In this document: one piece after another, positions 26,413-39,447 of the stretch | How positions within the stretch are numbered: the stretch's first letter is position 1 | Layout: each line of letters starts with the position of its first letter | Origin: Acanthaster planci | Lineage: Eukaryota | NCBI RefSeq assembly: GCF_001949145.1 | Contig: NW_019091358.1 | Coordinates: 434,961 to 498,960 of the forward strand | Length of the DNA stretch: 64,000 nucleotides | Direction: 5' to 3' | Notes under the pieces: model-generated | Seen by the model: the letters and a program-made list of their open reading frames with translations, nothing else | Databases searched by the model: none | Told to the model about the DNA's origin: nothing | Position numbers and translations under genes: made by a program

Positions 26413-27564
26413 AAATTTTATTGGGTTTTTTTTATGGAGGTTACGGTTTGCTTAATCATGGCAAACAGGTACAGTAGGAACTTGAAGTCGAAAACAGCGA
26501 TAAGGCTGCGTACGTGTTCAGTCATGGAGCCAGTCTGACAATGGCGTTCCGCGGTGCGGTGGTGCAAACCGGACTTGTTTGCAGTCTGTGTCTCGCGGCG
26601 AGACGCCCTGCAATGACAGAATTAGAGGTAGTAAACAGATCTTAAATATTTGACTTTCAGAGAACATTTTATCTAGAGAATTACACAGTATTATTTCAGT
26701 AATAACCTCTTTACCTTGAAGGAGTGCGATCCACACAGAACTGTACTGAACGCATTTGGATTCGAACAATTTCAAATTTGTATCATGCAAAAAATATTTC
26801 ATGGAAATACTTAAACACTAAAACTCTACAAACCGATATTGGAACGAAATTGAAGGAATTACATTGTACTTTGTTTTATGAATCTCGTCACATACAAGAC
26901 AGTTTGTGGCCTTGTGTGCTAGGAAAAGGGTTGTAAACATCGATTTTTCGTGGACATTCCAAAAGCAAACTTTACCAGAATTGCAAAAGTTGGATTTTGT
27001 ATACAGTTGCAGATATGCAGATGTCTTAAGATATGAATAATTCTGCGAATTCAAAGTTCTTTCTATATTTGTGTTGCACACATACCTCACTCGTTAGAAT
27101 CTTCATATTTGAACAGATAGAAGGCAACATTTTGTACCAAGGCCTTTAACCATCACGAGTGGGGAAGTAACCGCCTTTGCTGCTTCCTCCAGACACGACT
27201 ATGCATCTATTCAAGCAGCTGCAAGTTTGTCAGTGCAATTTCGAATTCTAAGCGTGCGATCGCGAAGTGTCCGTATTCCACGCGTCGTGCCCACTACTTC
27301 GTGATTTGTATTTTGTTGCACGGTTCATGAGTTCTGCGTAAACCAGGCCAGACCCTTACAGTCTTTGTCCCGTTAGTATTGAAGCAATGCAAAACATCCA
27401 CTTCGCCTTTTGATATTCAGTCAGAAACTCCTATCCTTTGTCGCGTGATCTTTGTTAAACTGAGTTCTTTTGTCATGAGTTCATTTGTCTGCGGCTGGGG
27501 AGCACACAGCTCGTCACACCGCAGATGCGCAGGTGGAATGTAAATATCCACAGCAGTAGCAACT

Positions 27565-27979
27565 ATGGAAGGAACAACCAACCCTTCGTACTATTCGGAG
27601 GGAGACCAGTGCGGAACACCGTCATCCACCGCCAGCCCGAAACCTCGCCAGCGGATCCCTCGGATCTTGAGCAGCCCTACGGGTGACGCTGGAGACGGTA
27701 CCATCTACCGGTCGTCATGGGTAGGGATGGACGAGAACGCCGTGCAAGTGCGGTCCAACCACATCTTCTGGCGGGTTTTCCGTCTGACCTCCTTGGGAGT
27801 GATCACGGTGAGCTGGTTGGCGGTGCTCTTAGCGGCTGTCGCGATGATTGCTTGGGGAGATGCCGGCCAGGGTAGCCGGTGCATGGCCAAAGAACATTGG
27901 TTTGATGTTGCGGTTGGTTATCAGATCGTCCCTGCTTCGTTTCAGGACAGCGACGGAGATGGTTATGGCGATTTGAAAG
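27565..27979 (+). CDS. SLC3A1: SLC3A1/rBAT-like heavy subunit, exon 1 of 10 (spliced CDS 2010 nt, 669 aa)
   Basis: Cytoplasmic N-terminus, TM helix VITVSWLAVLLAAVAMIAW, juxtamembrane Cys (GSRC), then WFDVAVGYQIVPASFQDSDGDGYGDLKG. Donor G|GTTATT. All 10 exons join in frame. Confidence 0.88.
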
Positions 27980-28815
27980 GTTATTATACTTTCGGAATAA
28001 ATCTCTTATGTCGCTCATTTTTGTATGGGGAAATGTTCATATCCAAGTCTGACATACACTCTCCATCACAGCCCTGACTTTCAATGGTCGGCCTTGCAAT
28101 TTTTATGTTTCTAAAACAAAATTATGGTGCAAAGAAACATGTTTTGAAACACTGTTTTCAGAATCTCCTAGTTTGTTTTGGCTCGAAAGGAATTACCTGT
28201 ACACTTCGCTGTTTACTCATTGACCAGTGATACTAGGCCTTCAGAAGAAATCGTTGATGTACATGCATTATGCCGGGTTTCTACACATTTTCAGAGTCTG
28301 GATTTAAGTTGGGTCAGTATTCTTGAGACAACAATCGTACCTGCTTTCAGTAGTTCATTGTAAGATAAGGAATGCGACAGAATGAAGCTCCAGTCTAATT
28401 TACCGGTGTGCCGTTGACTCATGTCCTCACAATATGAATTATCTGTTGCTTCAGAAGTCAGACTGAAGACATAACCAAAGTCATACTGTTTCTCTAATGG
28501 GTGTTAATGGTTATACAGGGTGACTCCTCCCCCCCCACACAGACACCCACAAAACGCACCCCTAAAGTAACATTTCTTTTCTAACAAAATTCGTATCAGT
28601 AATTTTTGCTTTTGGTAGCGAATTGAAGTTTAAGATGTTATCTTATTAAAACTGAAGACTTCATATTATTACGTAAGACGGGTGCTTTTTGTACTAATAG
28701 GATCTACTACAGCAATCAATATGATATATGCTTGCACAAGTAACTATTTATCCTAGCAGTCCTCCATTCTTAGATTTCAATATGACTTCGAATACAATGG
28801 GTTAATACCCTTTAA

Positions 28816-28866
28816 CCCTAACCCTCCTCAATCCTTCACCTGTTGGAGAACTGAGGAGTGTTAAGG
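28816..28866. mobile_element. 51-bp piggyBac-like mini-MITE (copy 2)
   Basis: TTAA|CCCTAACCCTCCTCAATCCTTCACCTGTTGGAGAACTGAGGAGTGTTAAGG|TTAA; reverse complement of 3646-3696 with few mismatches. Confidence 0.7.
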
Positions 28867-29722
28867 TTAACACCTAACGTGGGATCATTGGAAAAGCCAG
28901 GAATACGAGGATATTGAATGTTAAAATCCATTTTATTTTTCACCGGCAAACAAGTGGGATCCTAAAATGGGTAAAGTGGTTAATGTTACAATGGAAACGA
29001 AGATAAGCACCTTGGCCTAGTTGCAAAATTGAGGAAAACTGCACAGGTTGGGATGAAGTTGGTTTCTCTGACACAAACTAGTTAAACTGTACATTTGAAG
29101 CAAGATATGGGATGGAGAGAATTCCCTCAGGTGGGTCATTGTTTGATCGGAATCTCAGGAATTCTTTTGAGATATTTAGAGGGACGAGTAAGGTAACAAC
29201 AGTCTAGAATGTGTATAGGGATTATTAACTTTGGAAGCGCGCAATTAAGCGTTGTTGCCTTCTGAAATAAGCCACAGTTTCATGAAGTACAGAACAAGAA
29301 AGAAATATAACAGAGGGAACCCCATCAGTTGTGTGATAATTTAGGATTTCAATATCAGTGACTGTATGCACTACAACATTAACTGTACAAACTTCCATTG
29401 GACAGAACAAAAATGAGTAAGCCTGCGTAATTATACCCCCGCAACGCATCAATCGATTTAAATGAAGTCTGCAGTCTTGAAAAATGATCCGAAGCCTTAA
29501 TTTGGTATCAAAAGCAACCATTTCGGAAATAATTGTCTTGGGAGAAGATGAATGTTTGGGAAAAAATAAATTTTACTTTTGGGTTGCGTTTTTGGGGGGT
29601 TGGTTATCTTGTATCACGTTGAATTTGACCGTAGACCAAAATTATGTTTACTAATACATTCAGACTGGCCCTAGCCTCACGAAAAAAACAAATGCTCATT
29701 TCCTTTTAATCTTAATTTGCAG

Positions 29723-29902
29723 GAATTATTTCTCGGTTGGACTATCTGGATTATTTGGGTGTAGATGCCATCTGGTTAGGTCCGGTGTTTCAGTCAGCTC
29801 ATAAGGATCTATGGTTGGACGTCACCGACCTCACTGCAGTCGATGGAGTCTTCGGCACAATGCAAGATTTCGAAGAATTTGTGACAGCCGTGCATAACCG
29901 AA
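29723..29902 (+). CDS. SLC3A1: SLC3A1-like exon 2
   Basis: tttgcag|GIISRLDYLDYLGVDAIWLGPVF...FGTMQDFEEFVTAVHNR|gtatga; GH13 region. Confidence 0.9.
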
Positions 29903-30448
29903 GTATGAAATTCCATTGGAATTACGTCATGTATGAAAACTCCTGCATGCAAAGGGACATTGCGTGTAACGTGGTGGTTATTTTATTAAGCTCCATTATT
30001 TACAGTTAACAGATCGCATTTGGCCAAGTCAATTCTCATCAAGGTAAAAATGCCTTGATGTGGGAAGTCACTCGTTAACCCTTTACATGTACATGTTACA
30101 ATTGACAATATCGACTGTGAGAAACTACAAAAACGCACGCAAACCAAAGGAGTATCTTGCACTCCTTTGAGAGACTGGAATTAGACATCAATTTCAGTAG
30201 AAGACAGGACACTACGATTAATATTAGCATTCCAAATGCAGTGTAGAACGTATATGTGGTTAATTAACAAAACGGAATTTCAACCGTTAAAATGGCTAGA
30301 GCAGTAATTTAGTCTGGAGAAACATCACTCTGTATTATAGGAGCCATTCAAATGTAAATCCATGTCACATGCGATGCTGTAAGATATTGCAGGCCTAACT
30401 AGGCTATAAATCGCATGAATTTGGTGATTTCATCTTTTTTTCCAACAG

Positions 30449-30594
30449 GCATGAAGCTGATTTTAGAGTTTATCCCTAATCATACCAGTGATCAGCACCC
30501 TTGGTTCCAGGACAGTCGACAGGGTCAAAACAATGATTATAGCGAGTACTACATTTGGGCCGACGGCACCAACGGTCGGCCTCCACAGTACACG
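30449..30594 (+). CDS. SLC3A1: SLC3A1-like exon 3
   Basis: tccaacag|MKLILEFIPNHTSDQHPWFQDSR...YYIWADG...QYT|gtaagg. Confidence 0.9.
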
Positions 30595-31013
30595 GTAAGG
30601 CAGTTTACTGGTTAATTTCATGGTCTCTTGCCGATGTCAGTTTCAGTTTGTCGGTTTGTTTTTACTGATTAGTTAAATGAGGGCGAAGTTTTACAGACCA
30701 CTAAATTTGGGAGGTTGGCACTTGCTTTCAAAACGTTCAAGGACGACGTTGTTGGCGCCCATATCCAGGTTCTGACTGGAAGTTCTTGTTCTTGAAAATC
30801 CACGTGCTGGTACCTGTTCTAAAAAACTTATCTTGCTCTCTTTACGGCGTCGGAAAGCACAGTTTATGTGGACTTAAACATGCCATATTGAGCAGAAGTG
30901 CATGGGCTATCTCACTTGGTTCGAATGCTTAAAGCCTTCATCCTTCAGTACAAAATGGGACCTAGACAAAATAACAAACTCTCTGATTTTTTTTGGGGGG
31001 GTATCTTTTTCAG

Positions 31014-31142
31014 ATGGGCAGTGATTGGGAAACTCCGTGGTCCTGGGAGTACGACCCGACCCGACGCCAGTGGTACCTCTCCTCCACGACGGAGGAGCCT
31101 GATCTGAATTACAGAAATCCTGCAGTGGTCAGCGCCATTAAG
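31014..31142 (+). CDS. SLC3A1: SLC3A1-like exon 4
   Basis: tttttcag|MGSDWETPWSWEYDPTRRQWYL...PDLNYRNPAVVSAIK|gtaaaa. Confidence 0.9.
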
Positions 31143-31505
31143 GTAAAAATCAAATCGAGGAGACCCGTTGAAAGCGGGGAGGACTATCCTCATCAGAAGC
31201 CTTTTTTGCCGGTGACTTTGAGCTTAAAAAAGAAACGGGGAAAAATGGTTTGCTATCGTATGAACCTTTAAGGTTAGGTAAATCCGACATTTTGTTTTGT
31301 TCTAAAGCAATGTATTGTCAAGTTTGTCCTGAAGAGGAAATGGGACAGGGTACTCATTTCGATCAGGAATGATGTTATGTAAATCATTTAACTTTAGCGA
31401 TAAAAGTTGAATGCTTTCAAACTTACTTTCACGGCTCTGCTATACTTATAAAAAGGCAACCAAAGCTATAATTACGACACTTAAATCAAAACATTCGTTG
31501 TTCAG

Positions 31506-31655
31506 GACGCCTTGAAGTTTTGGCTGGAGAAGGGTGTGGACGGGTTCTTCATGCGCCATGCAGATCGCCTGATTGAACCTTGGATGCTGGCCGATACCCC
31601 GGGAAATACTGTGCAGCTCGGAGATGGTGCTACGCGTAATGACAATGGCACATCG
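31506..31655 (+). CDS. SLC3A1: SLC3A1-like exon 5
   Basis: tgttcag|DALKFWLEKGVDGFFMRHADRLIEPW...NDNGTS|gtacgt. Confidence 0.88.
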
Positions 31656-32162
31656 GTACGTAACCAAGGATAACAGTTTACATACAATTTATCATTTTCC
31701 CCTTGCCCTCCAGTTGCCAATTTATTTTCCTGCATGGAGGCTCGAAATCATGTCCATAGTATTTAAGGCAAGGGGGACTTTTGTCAAGTTTTGGGTGAAG
31801 TTGAAAACGCTTGATGCTACAGTCATGAGTAGCTTCTGAGTAAACCGTCAGATGATCGTACTCCCTTTGTTGTATTATGATCTGCACTACGCGCGAAATC
31901 ATTACGATTTACAATCTCGCTAGACTCTACAATACTAGGAAAAACGGTCAATGAAATCCATTTCAAGTTATTAGGTGTTTTATGCTTCATGTAAAACCTA
32001 CGACCTTTTGGCGATTGTTTGGTCCCAGACAACCTGTTTTGGAGCATAAATATTCTCTGCAGCTGCATACAAACGGGGTTTCAGACTTCCCCAGCCCTTC
32101 TCAAAACCCGTCGTGATTGGTCATCTGGGGATTTTGTTCTCTCTGGTATGTTATCTTTTCAG

Positions 32163-32239
32163 CAAGCAAGAGAGGAGATCCTGAATGTGATCATTGGCTG
32201 GCGCCAACTTCTCGATGAGTATGAATCGTCGAATTCGAA
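32163..32239 (+). CDS. SLC3A1: SLC3A1-like exon 6
   Basis: cttttcag|QAREEILNVIIGWRQLLDEYESSNS|gtaata (phase 2). Confidence 0.82.
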
Positions 32240-32743
32240 GTAATAACCTCCTTATTAATAATTTTGGCCAGTGCAATGTCAGTGTTTAGCTTATTATTCA
32301 GCCGATAATGGAAGCCCGAATTTGGCATGTAGACCTTGATTTTTTTTTTTACAAACATTGCTAGAATATTGTACTTGCGTCCAAAGCTTGCAGAAAGTTC
32401 ACCTTCGGTTGGCAGTAGCTTTTGTCCCTAGCTAGGTACGTACATGTATTTGCTCTAATGGTGTTAGACAGGTATTTTCCTTTAGAAAGCAGGCCGAGCA
32501 CTGGTATTAGTTAATTTGTGTTTTCAAAGTTGCATGAAAGTTTTAACATTCTGGGAATTACTGTTTTAGCTTGAGTCCTGATTGCGGCCATAATGGCCAA
32601 CTTTCGGTAGGCAAAAGTGAAGAGAGGTTTATTGAAAAAACAAAACAGTCACTCATTCTGTTCCCATGGGTTACATTTTCCTGTTTGCCGAAGTTGGTTT
32701 GAATATTAGCCGACAAATACACGGATTTAATTTTTTTTCATAG

Positions 32744-32945
32744 ACTTCTCGTTGTCGACACCGGCACTGATCCTGCCCTAGCGGCCATGGTCTCTTTTAA
32801 CATATCCCAGGAGCTGGGCAAGGCTAACCTGCCATTCAACTTCATGTTCCTGGACATGACCTCGCCCCTGAATGGACATCAGTTACGTACGGTAATCGAA
32901 AGTTGGATCGATTCTGGACCCATGCACAGTTCAAGACACTGGGCG
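32744..32945 (+). CDS. SLC3A1: SLC3A1-like exon 7
   Basis: ttttcatag|LLVVDTG...ANLPFNFMFL...IESWIDSGPMHSSRHWA|gtaagt. Confidence 0.87.
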
Positions 32946-33256
32946 GTAAGTTGACAAATACCGCTCATTTCAATTAAAAACACTCACACCAACAGCCAAC
33001 CACACAGAGAAAGAGAACTTAAACCATTTTAAGCGTCTTTCTCTCTAAATTTTTGACTTTTTAAAATAAACTTGAAACTCGCCGTAGTTTTGTGCGTATA
33101 ATGCAGCTTTGCGTTATAACGCAAGGTTCCAACCTTTGATCAGCAAAGTGGAATTGGTGTTGGTGGTGGGTAGGCGGAGGTGTGCCCTGTACTGAACACT
33201 GGCCTTGGGTCACAGATGTCAACCAAAGTTCTGTTTTTTCTGCTCCATTCCCCTAG

Positions 33257-33436
33257 GTGGGCTCGGCAGACGTGAGCCGGGCCGCGTCCCGCTACGGCGA
33301 ACGCATCTCCCGTGTCATGCTGTTCCTAATGCTGATGCTGCCCGGCTCTCCGCTGTTGTATTACGGCGACGAGATTGGGATGACAGACGGGCAGAAAGTG
33401 AACGACTCCATCGCGAATGATAATGCTGCTGAAGCG
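33257..33436 (+). CDS. SLC3A1: SLC3A1-like exon 8
   Basis: cccctag|VGSADVSRAASRYG...MLPGSPLLYYGDEIGM...AAEA|gtaaga. Confidence 0.9.
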
Positions 33437-34021
33437 GTAAGACTTGCAATCGAGTTGCAGAAGTAAGAGGAACAAGCAGTATGGCAGAGACGAAAGATTC
33501 GTGTTGGAAAAGAGAGGTTGGATGCAAAGTGAGACAATAGTTAAGGGAGTCCCGTGAATGTAGTGTAGTCATCTGGGAGGGGAGGCAGCAAAACTCCCAC
33601 TTGGGACTTGGTGTCATTTTGGTTTTTTTTTTAATTTTAAGTTGAAAGTGTTAGTATTTAACTTTTAAGAAACATTTTTACCACCTTCATTTTTCGGGGA
33701 GGATTCTTTTATAGATTAAATTAAACATGGAGACTTTGTTTTAAAAAACAACGAACAACATTTTGCGTTCTCACTCCGGCCCACTGACCTGAATTGGCCA
33801 TTGAGCAAATAGTTCCTAAATCATAAGTGATTCATTTCTTCAAATAAAGGTTGAATTATCTGGACTGAGTTCCATTGAACAATTTTGTTTTAAGAGGGAA
33901 AATTACACTGAGAAACAAATACCAGAGACAGAAAAATCCACTGTTCTGTTCCACAGTAAATGTATCAATAAAAACACTGTTGCCCTTTTTCTTCTGTTTA
34001 TTGATTGGTTTCGTGCCATAG

Positions 34022-34153
34022 ATGAGATCAGACAGGGAGCTAACTCGTTCTCCTATGCAGTGGTCCCCTGACATCTATGCTGGTTTCACCAATGCATCGT
34101 TGTCCGAACCCTGGGTCCCTGTTGGCGTAAACGCCACTAAAACCAACGTCGAG
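34022..34153 (+). CDS. SLC3A1: SLC3A1-like exon 9
   Basis: gccatag|MRSDRELTRSPMQWSPDIYAGFTNASLSEPWVPVGVNATKTNVE|gtgagc. Confidence 0.9.
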
Positions 34154-34862
34154 GTGAGCGTATTCAGAGGCAGATTTTCTAACTGTTGGTGCAAATCCCG
34201 GGGGATGGAGGTCTATCATCCCCTTTGACCGGGGAATTGAATTCTTCCCGCCCCCATTTTTTCGTGGTGCGAAAAAGTTAAGGCGAATTGTGAAGAATTT
34301 TTGGACTTTGCAAAACCATAACGTATGTAATAGCACTCAAAAAGGGAGATTAATTGAAATCAAACCATAAATGCGTCGGTTTCGCGTAAAGGCCATGCCG
34401 GAGTGTGATACATCAGTATCACGAAAATGGCCCCTTCGTGTCACATGACATCAGCACTCTACCCCCCTTCCCCTTTTGAAATTCCCGTAGCTGGCAAATC
34501 ACCCCCCTCCCTTCATTCCCCATCCCCTAGTTCCTGGCACAGATTTACGCCACTCTTCTTTAAAGGATGTGACACTCTTGATGTGAATGGGATACTTCAG
34601 TGCGGGTATGCTTTATCTCAGAGAAAGGATGGAATCGCACTGCACTGAAACATGCAGTGAAATTCTGTGGATTAAACGTGTTCGATGGAATCCCTCATCT
34701 AATCAAATGGCATAAATAATTGTACAGAGCATAAGAGTCCTAGTTTTAAGTTCCCATAATTTTATTTTGCTTAACATGTCACATGACAGGCTTCGGTAAA
34801 TTTTCTTTTTGCTATTTTCCACGTATTCACCGTTTTGTGTTATTGCTGATTTCCTTGAACAG

Positions 34863-35261
34863 CTACAAAAACTACACAAAAATTCTACCCTTGCCTTCAT
34901 CGAGCGAACCATCCAGTACCGAAGAGACAACACCGATCTATTCGGAATCGGTTACCAGGAGTCGTTTCGCCTCCAGGCAACCTTCAAGGAAGTCTTAGCC
35001 TTCACAAGGGAGTCACCATCGGGCGGCCAAGCCACAGCTAAGGCGGTGTTCGCTGCCGTCAATGTGGCAGAATACGAGGTTTCCGAGAATTTCGAATCTC
35101 GCGAGGAACAAATTCCAGGCGCTGGTAATGTCGTGGTGGCAACCAACATGAGTCGTGTAGGAGAATCGATTAGTTTTTCAAAGCTTTTATTACGATCTGA
35201 GGAAGCCATTTTAATTCAATATGAGCCCTTGCCTAAGCCTGACGGTTTCAGTAAGCCATAG
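34863..35261 (+). CDS. SLC3A1: SLC3A1-like exon 10 (terminal)
   Basis: ttccttgaacag|LQKLHKNSTLAFIER...VLAFTRES...VFAAVNV...EEAILIQYEPLPKPDGFSKP*. AATAAA at 35525. Confidence 0.85.
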   Translation, partial: LQKLHKNSTLAFIERTIQYRRDNTDLFGIGYQESFRLQATFKEVLAFTRESPSGGQATAKAVFAAVNVAEYEVSENFESREEQIPGAGNVVVATNMSRVGESISFSKLLLRSEEAILIQYEPLPKPDGFSKP

Positions 35262-36719
35262 GGCTATCCGTGTAAAAGCACGGAGATTTTGTGCATGTAT
35301 TCCCGATAGGCATAAGTTGGTCTCACAACATTTATCACAAAAATTGGACAGGCGTCAATATCGACACAAATCTATTTTTTGTACTCTAAGGCGCTTTTAG
35401 ATCGGCATTTTCTTTTAAATTGAAACGTTTCAAGCCTTACCTAACGTTTTTTATAATTTCTCTCTGAGTGCAAAAGAGAGAAAACTCATTCTCAAAAAGA
35501 GTAAGTCCCTTACACAATCACTCCAATAAAGTGAAAACTGCTTTTTCAAGACTGAATTTTCCACTTTTTGCCTTTCGGGAGTTGGTGGATCCGACCGATA
35601 ATTTCCTCAGGGAAGGTTGAGAACAGACCTTCCGCACTGCAGTCATTTTGAGAGATCACTGTAGTATTACAAATAAACTTATTAAGTGGGTTGATCATTA
35701 AAAAAAAAAAAGGATTTGAGATGGTTCGAGAATAATGGTAAACATTTCTCTGTTCTCTCATTTCACATCAGTAAGGTGATTCTTGAGTCACGCACGACTT
35801 ACCAGAACAATCTTATTATTGACGCCATTTTGGATTATCCCCTGAGACGTATTCAGTGATGTAGATTATGATCTTCCTTACGCCCAAACTTTGCAAGACG
35901 AAAGCACTGTCCGTTGTCTTGTTTTATTTCTGGTCGATTCTCAGGGGGGTCTCCCAGTCAGTCGCTAATTAAATTCTTTTGTGACCTGAGACTCCCTCCA
36001 CCCTCCTAAAATAATTATGTAATTCGCTTTTTTTTAACCAGTTCAGGGTTTTTTCAGTTCAGAGCTTTAAAGTAAAACATTTCTGATGAGAAGAAAACTT
36101 CACTAAAACTGCATTGACTTATGAGTTCTATCCTGCAGCAAATTACCTTACTTGACTTGTTTCCACTGGTAAGGCTCTTTAGAAGTTAAAAGAATTTAAC
36201 TGGACTAGGAGTCTAGGATCCCTTATGAAATCCGAGGTAGGAGTTAAAAATCAGTGGAAATAGGCCTAAGTGTACTTTTAAGGTAATTAGGAGTCGCATG
36301 CTGCTATGGCAGGCCAATGACATCAAGGCATTCCCGCAGTGGTGTATTTGGGGTGGTGCATTATTTTTTTGTTACCTTTTAAAAATGAGATTACTTCATA
36401 CGGGAGTAGGAAAGAAGCTAATCGGTGTATTTATTTATCAAATAAATATTTTTCTCCCCATTACTATGTTGAATGAGCCCAAAAGTGAATTTGCTTTTGA
36501 ATTTCCCCACCCCACACCGAAAGATGGATACGCCATTGCATTCCTGAATTATATGCAAGTTTCAGTGGCTTCCTTAATTCGCCAATCTACGTGTGCATTA
36601 TTTTAAGTCCCAAGTATAGAGATATAACGCGTGGAACGTGTAAAGATGAAACTCGAATTGAGAAGTGGCGAATGTGAGCCACCGTATTTGGCGGTCGCAT
36701 GAAGCAATCATTTCTCACC

Positions 36720-37079
36720 GTGCTGTGGGAATTCCACTTTTATCAATAGCGCTCATGTAAGAAACGTCTAGAAAGACCCAGAACATCAAACACGTCCCAT
36801 GAAAGCTGGGCAAATTAATCTCATTGGCTGCTCAGCCAAGCGAAATGGCAATGTCAATATCTGTATATACCAACCGGGGGAGATTTCCTGACGTCATACA
36901 AAATGGAAACCGCGTTTTGTCCTGTGATTGGACCATGACTTTCACGGCCTGTTAATACACGTCACGTAAGCTTGTAAACGTCTACCTTTCAGTCACCCCT
37001 CGAGGCCTCAGACGTCTTTCAAACATCGGACGTCCAGTGACGTGAGTGTGGAGCTCCGCGATATCTCTTGCATGTGAGT
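36720..37079 (+). promoter_or_regulatory. Candidate promoter / non-coding first exon of the methyltransferase-like gene
   Basis: CpG-richer patch with ATTGG (~36823, ~36926), CRE TGACGTCA (36889), kB-like GGGAATTCC (36727) and GGGAGATTTCC (36878). Donor GTGAGT at 37074. The acceptor at 39439-39440 precedes the ATG. Confidence 0.35.
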
Positions 37080-39107
37080 ATTGTACCACCACTGAACAAT
37101 AAATCACTGTATGATTTTAGCATTCTAAAATGCTTCATTACCACCTATTCTTTTTGTCTGACATGCTGACTTGTCAGAGATTTGGTTACTGGTTACTTTC
37201 TAAGGGTCTCCGCTCAGTGGTGTAGCTATGCTAGGGGGGTAGGACACCAGCTTTCAGTCATTTGGTTTTGGTGGCAGGTTTTTGTTGGCATTGTTTAATA
37301 TCCATTCATCCGTTTTTAGGGGAGGGGGGCACCCAGAATTTGTGGGAGGCATGTGCTTCTCAGGCCCCCCGTGGCTACGCCCCTGCAACAACTCCGTGGC
37401 AGTACTTTTTGATCAGAGAATGATAGACTTTTCCACCATTCAAAAAAATCAAGAATCAGCAAACTCATCTTTAGAAATGAAATGAAATTAAATACAATAG
37501 TCTGCATATAGGGGGGTACAACATTTTTTTCGAGCTAAGTCAAGGATTTTCGAGTTGGTTAGCTTTGTAGTACTGTTCAGTATTTCGTCAAATCGTTTTG
37601 CATATTCAGATGAGAGGAGTGATTTGTTATACACGAAGCTCCAGTGAAATCGTATCAAGTTACAACTTTGGCCCATGGGGGGGTGCATTACCCTTTCCCA
37701 AAAGGCACATGATGTTTCGATTCAGAATCGAGCGGTTGAAATGATGAAACCGTTGAAACAAATCTATGGAGTATGTTGAATGGGATTACCCAAGTGTGGC
37801 AGTATTTATTAATTCAGTGTTCATGTAAAGATATACACACTACATGCATATGTGAATTCTTATAATCTGACAAGTGAAAGTTTTGTTAACTCGGGTCGTC
37901 AAGGTTCTGTGCCTAGTAGCCTTTCCAAATGTTCGCCTGTTTATTTTTACATATTCAGTCCTCGTATCTTGCGCCTCAACATAAGATACTGCCCCTCAAG
38001 AAATCAGTTTTTTGCTACCTCCATGCTAGAGATTGTAGACCCCTTTTCCGTGTATTGTTAGTCGTCAGGGGTTTCCCCACCACAGAAATCTGACCCTTGA
38101 ACTGGATTGGCTCGTACAGAGTGAGCGTCATGAAAACAGGATTGCGAAATTGTTCCCCAGCGCTGGAGGGAATATCTGAGTATTGCGAAACTACTGCTTA
38201 AACCCAGGAATGTCATTTGGCTCTTGAGCAAAATGTAAATGGGCTCTGATGACGTATTGATAGAGAGTCACTGACGCGGCACGCCATTGAAGTACATTTA
38301 CACGTATGTGCTTAGGGTCGCATTTCACCGAATGTCTCAGTTCACGTTCGCCATGAGTGGAGCAGCAGAAACGTTGTTTTGTTGCTTCTGAAATACTGAG
38401 TACCAACGACTCGGTAGTCGCCATAATCCTGCATGGTGTTCAAGAACGGATTTAGAAACAAAGTTTTGGGGAGAAGGGCAAGTTTATTTGGGGGGGGGGG
38501 GTGGCGATACAAACTTAAGGAATTTCTTCATGTGACCTGTAATGGCCTTTCTTAGGGGGAGGCTAAATTTCGGGATTTTTTCATATGCTTTGGAAATTAA
38601 GAGAAATGAAATCTAGCCTTTTGCTCATTAAGTATTTCAGCTGAAGTCCCCCCCCCCTTTTTGGAGGGGTGGTCCTCATTGGATTCACCAACGATCCTGT
38701 TGAGGGTAAGAACTTCGGGACATCTGTGGATGTTGTAAACTCTCTGTGACATCTGGAGGCTTCAGTTCTTGACCGTTCGCAGTGAACTTAACAAATTGCT
38801 GTACATTAATTGCAACAGGTCAACTTTTTCACCTCGCTGTGTCTGCATGTCACGAAAGCTCTCGGATGAACATAGAAAATTACACCCGTCCATAACTGCT
38901 CACAGTTTGAAGTTCCTCTCAGCAAAACCATCAGAGGAAAGCTCACTGAAACACTTAAAAGACCAGTTTTTTAACCTCCCGGAAGAGAATGGAGCATACT
39001 GCAGACCTCCGATTAATGTAACATCTGAACTCCGACGTTTCCTGTATTCTGCTTTTCGAAAGATTTTGAGTTGAAGTACGCATGTATATAAACTTTCGTG
39101 ACACGTG

Positions 39108-39337
39108 ACGTGACCTGTAGTGGGTATCAAACATCAACAAACTCGGCGTCCTCCCATAACACAGTGTTTTTAACATATAAGTGTTTTTTACCAGAAATAA
39201 TTTTCGGTATAGTACTTAGCACACCAGTAGTCTTACCGACCGTCGACTTTATTTTTCTTAAGTGACACTTGTGACACACTTTGCTATGCGGGAGGACGTC
39301 ATTTTGTTGATGTTTGATACCCACCACTGGTCACGTG
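39108..39337. mobile_element. MITE / foldback just upstream of the methyltransferase-like exon
   Basis: acgtgacctgtagtgggtatcaaacatcaacaa..gtcctcc versus ggaggacgtc..ttgttgatgtttgatacccaccactggtcacgt; inverted arms of ~55 bp. Confidence 0.6.
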
Positions 39338-39447
39338 GGTCACTGGGCGCAATCAATCTGTTGCTTGTCAATGTAATTGCGTTTATCCTTTTCGGTAGTT
39401 GCATCCTACTGGATCACACGTTTTGTTTCTTATTTCACAGAAAAAAA

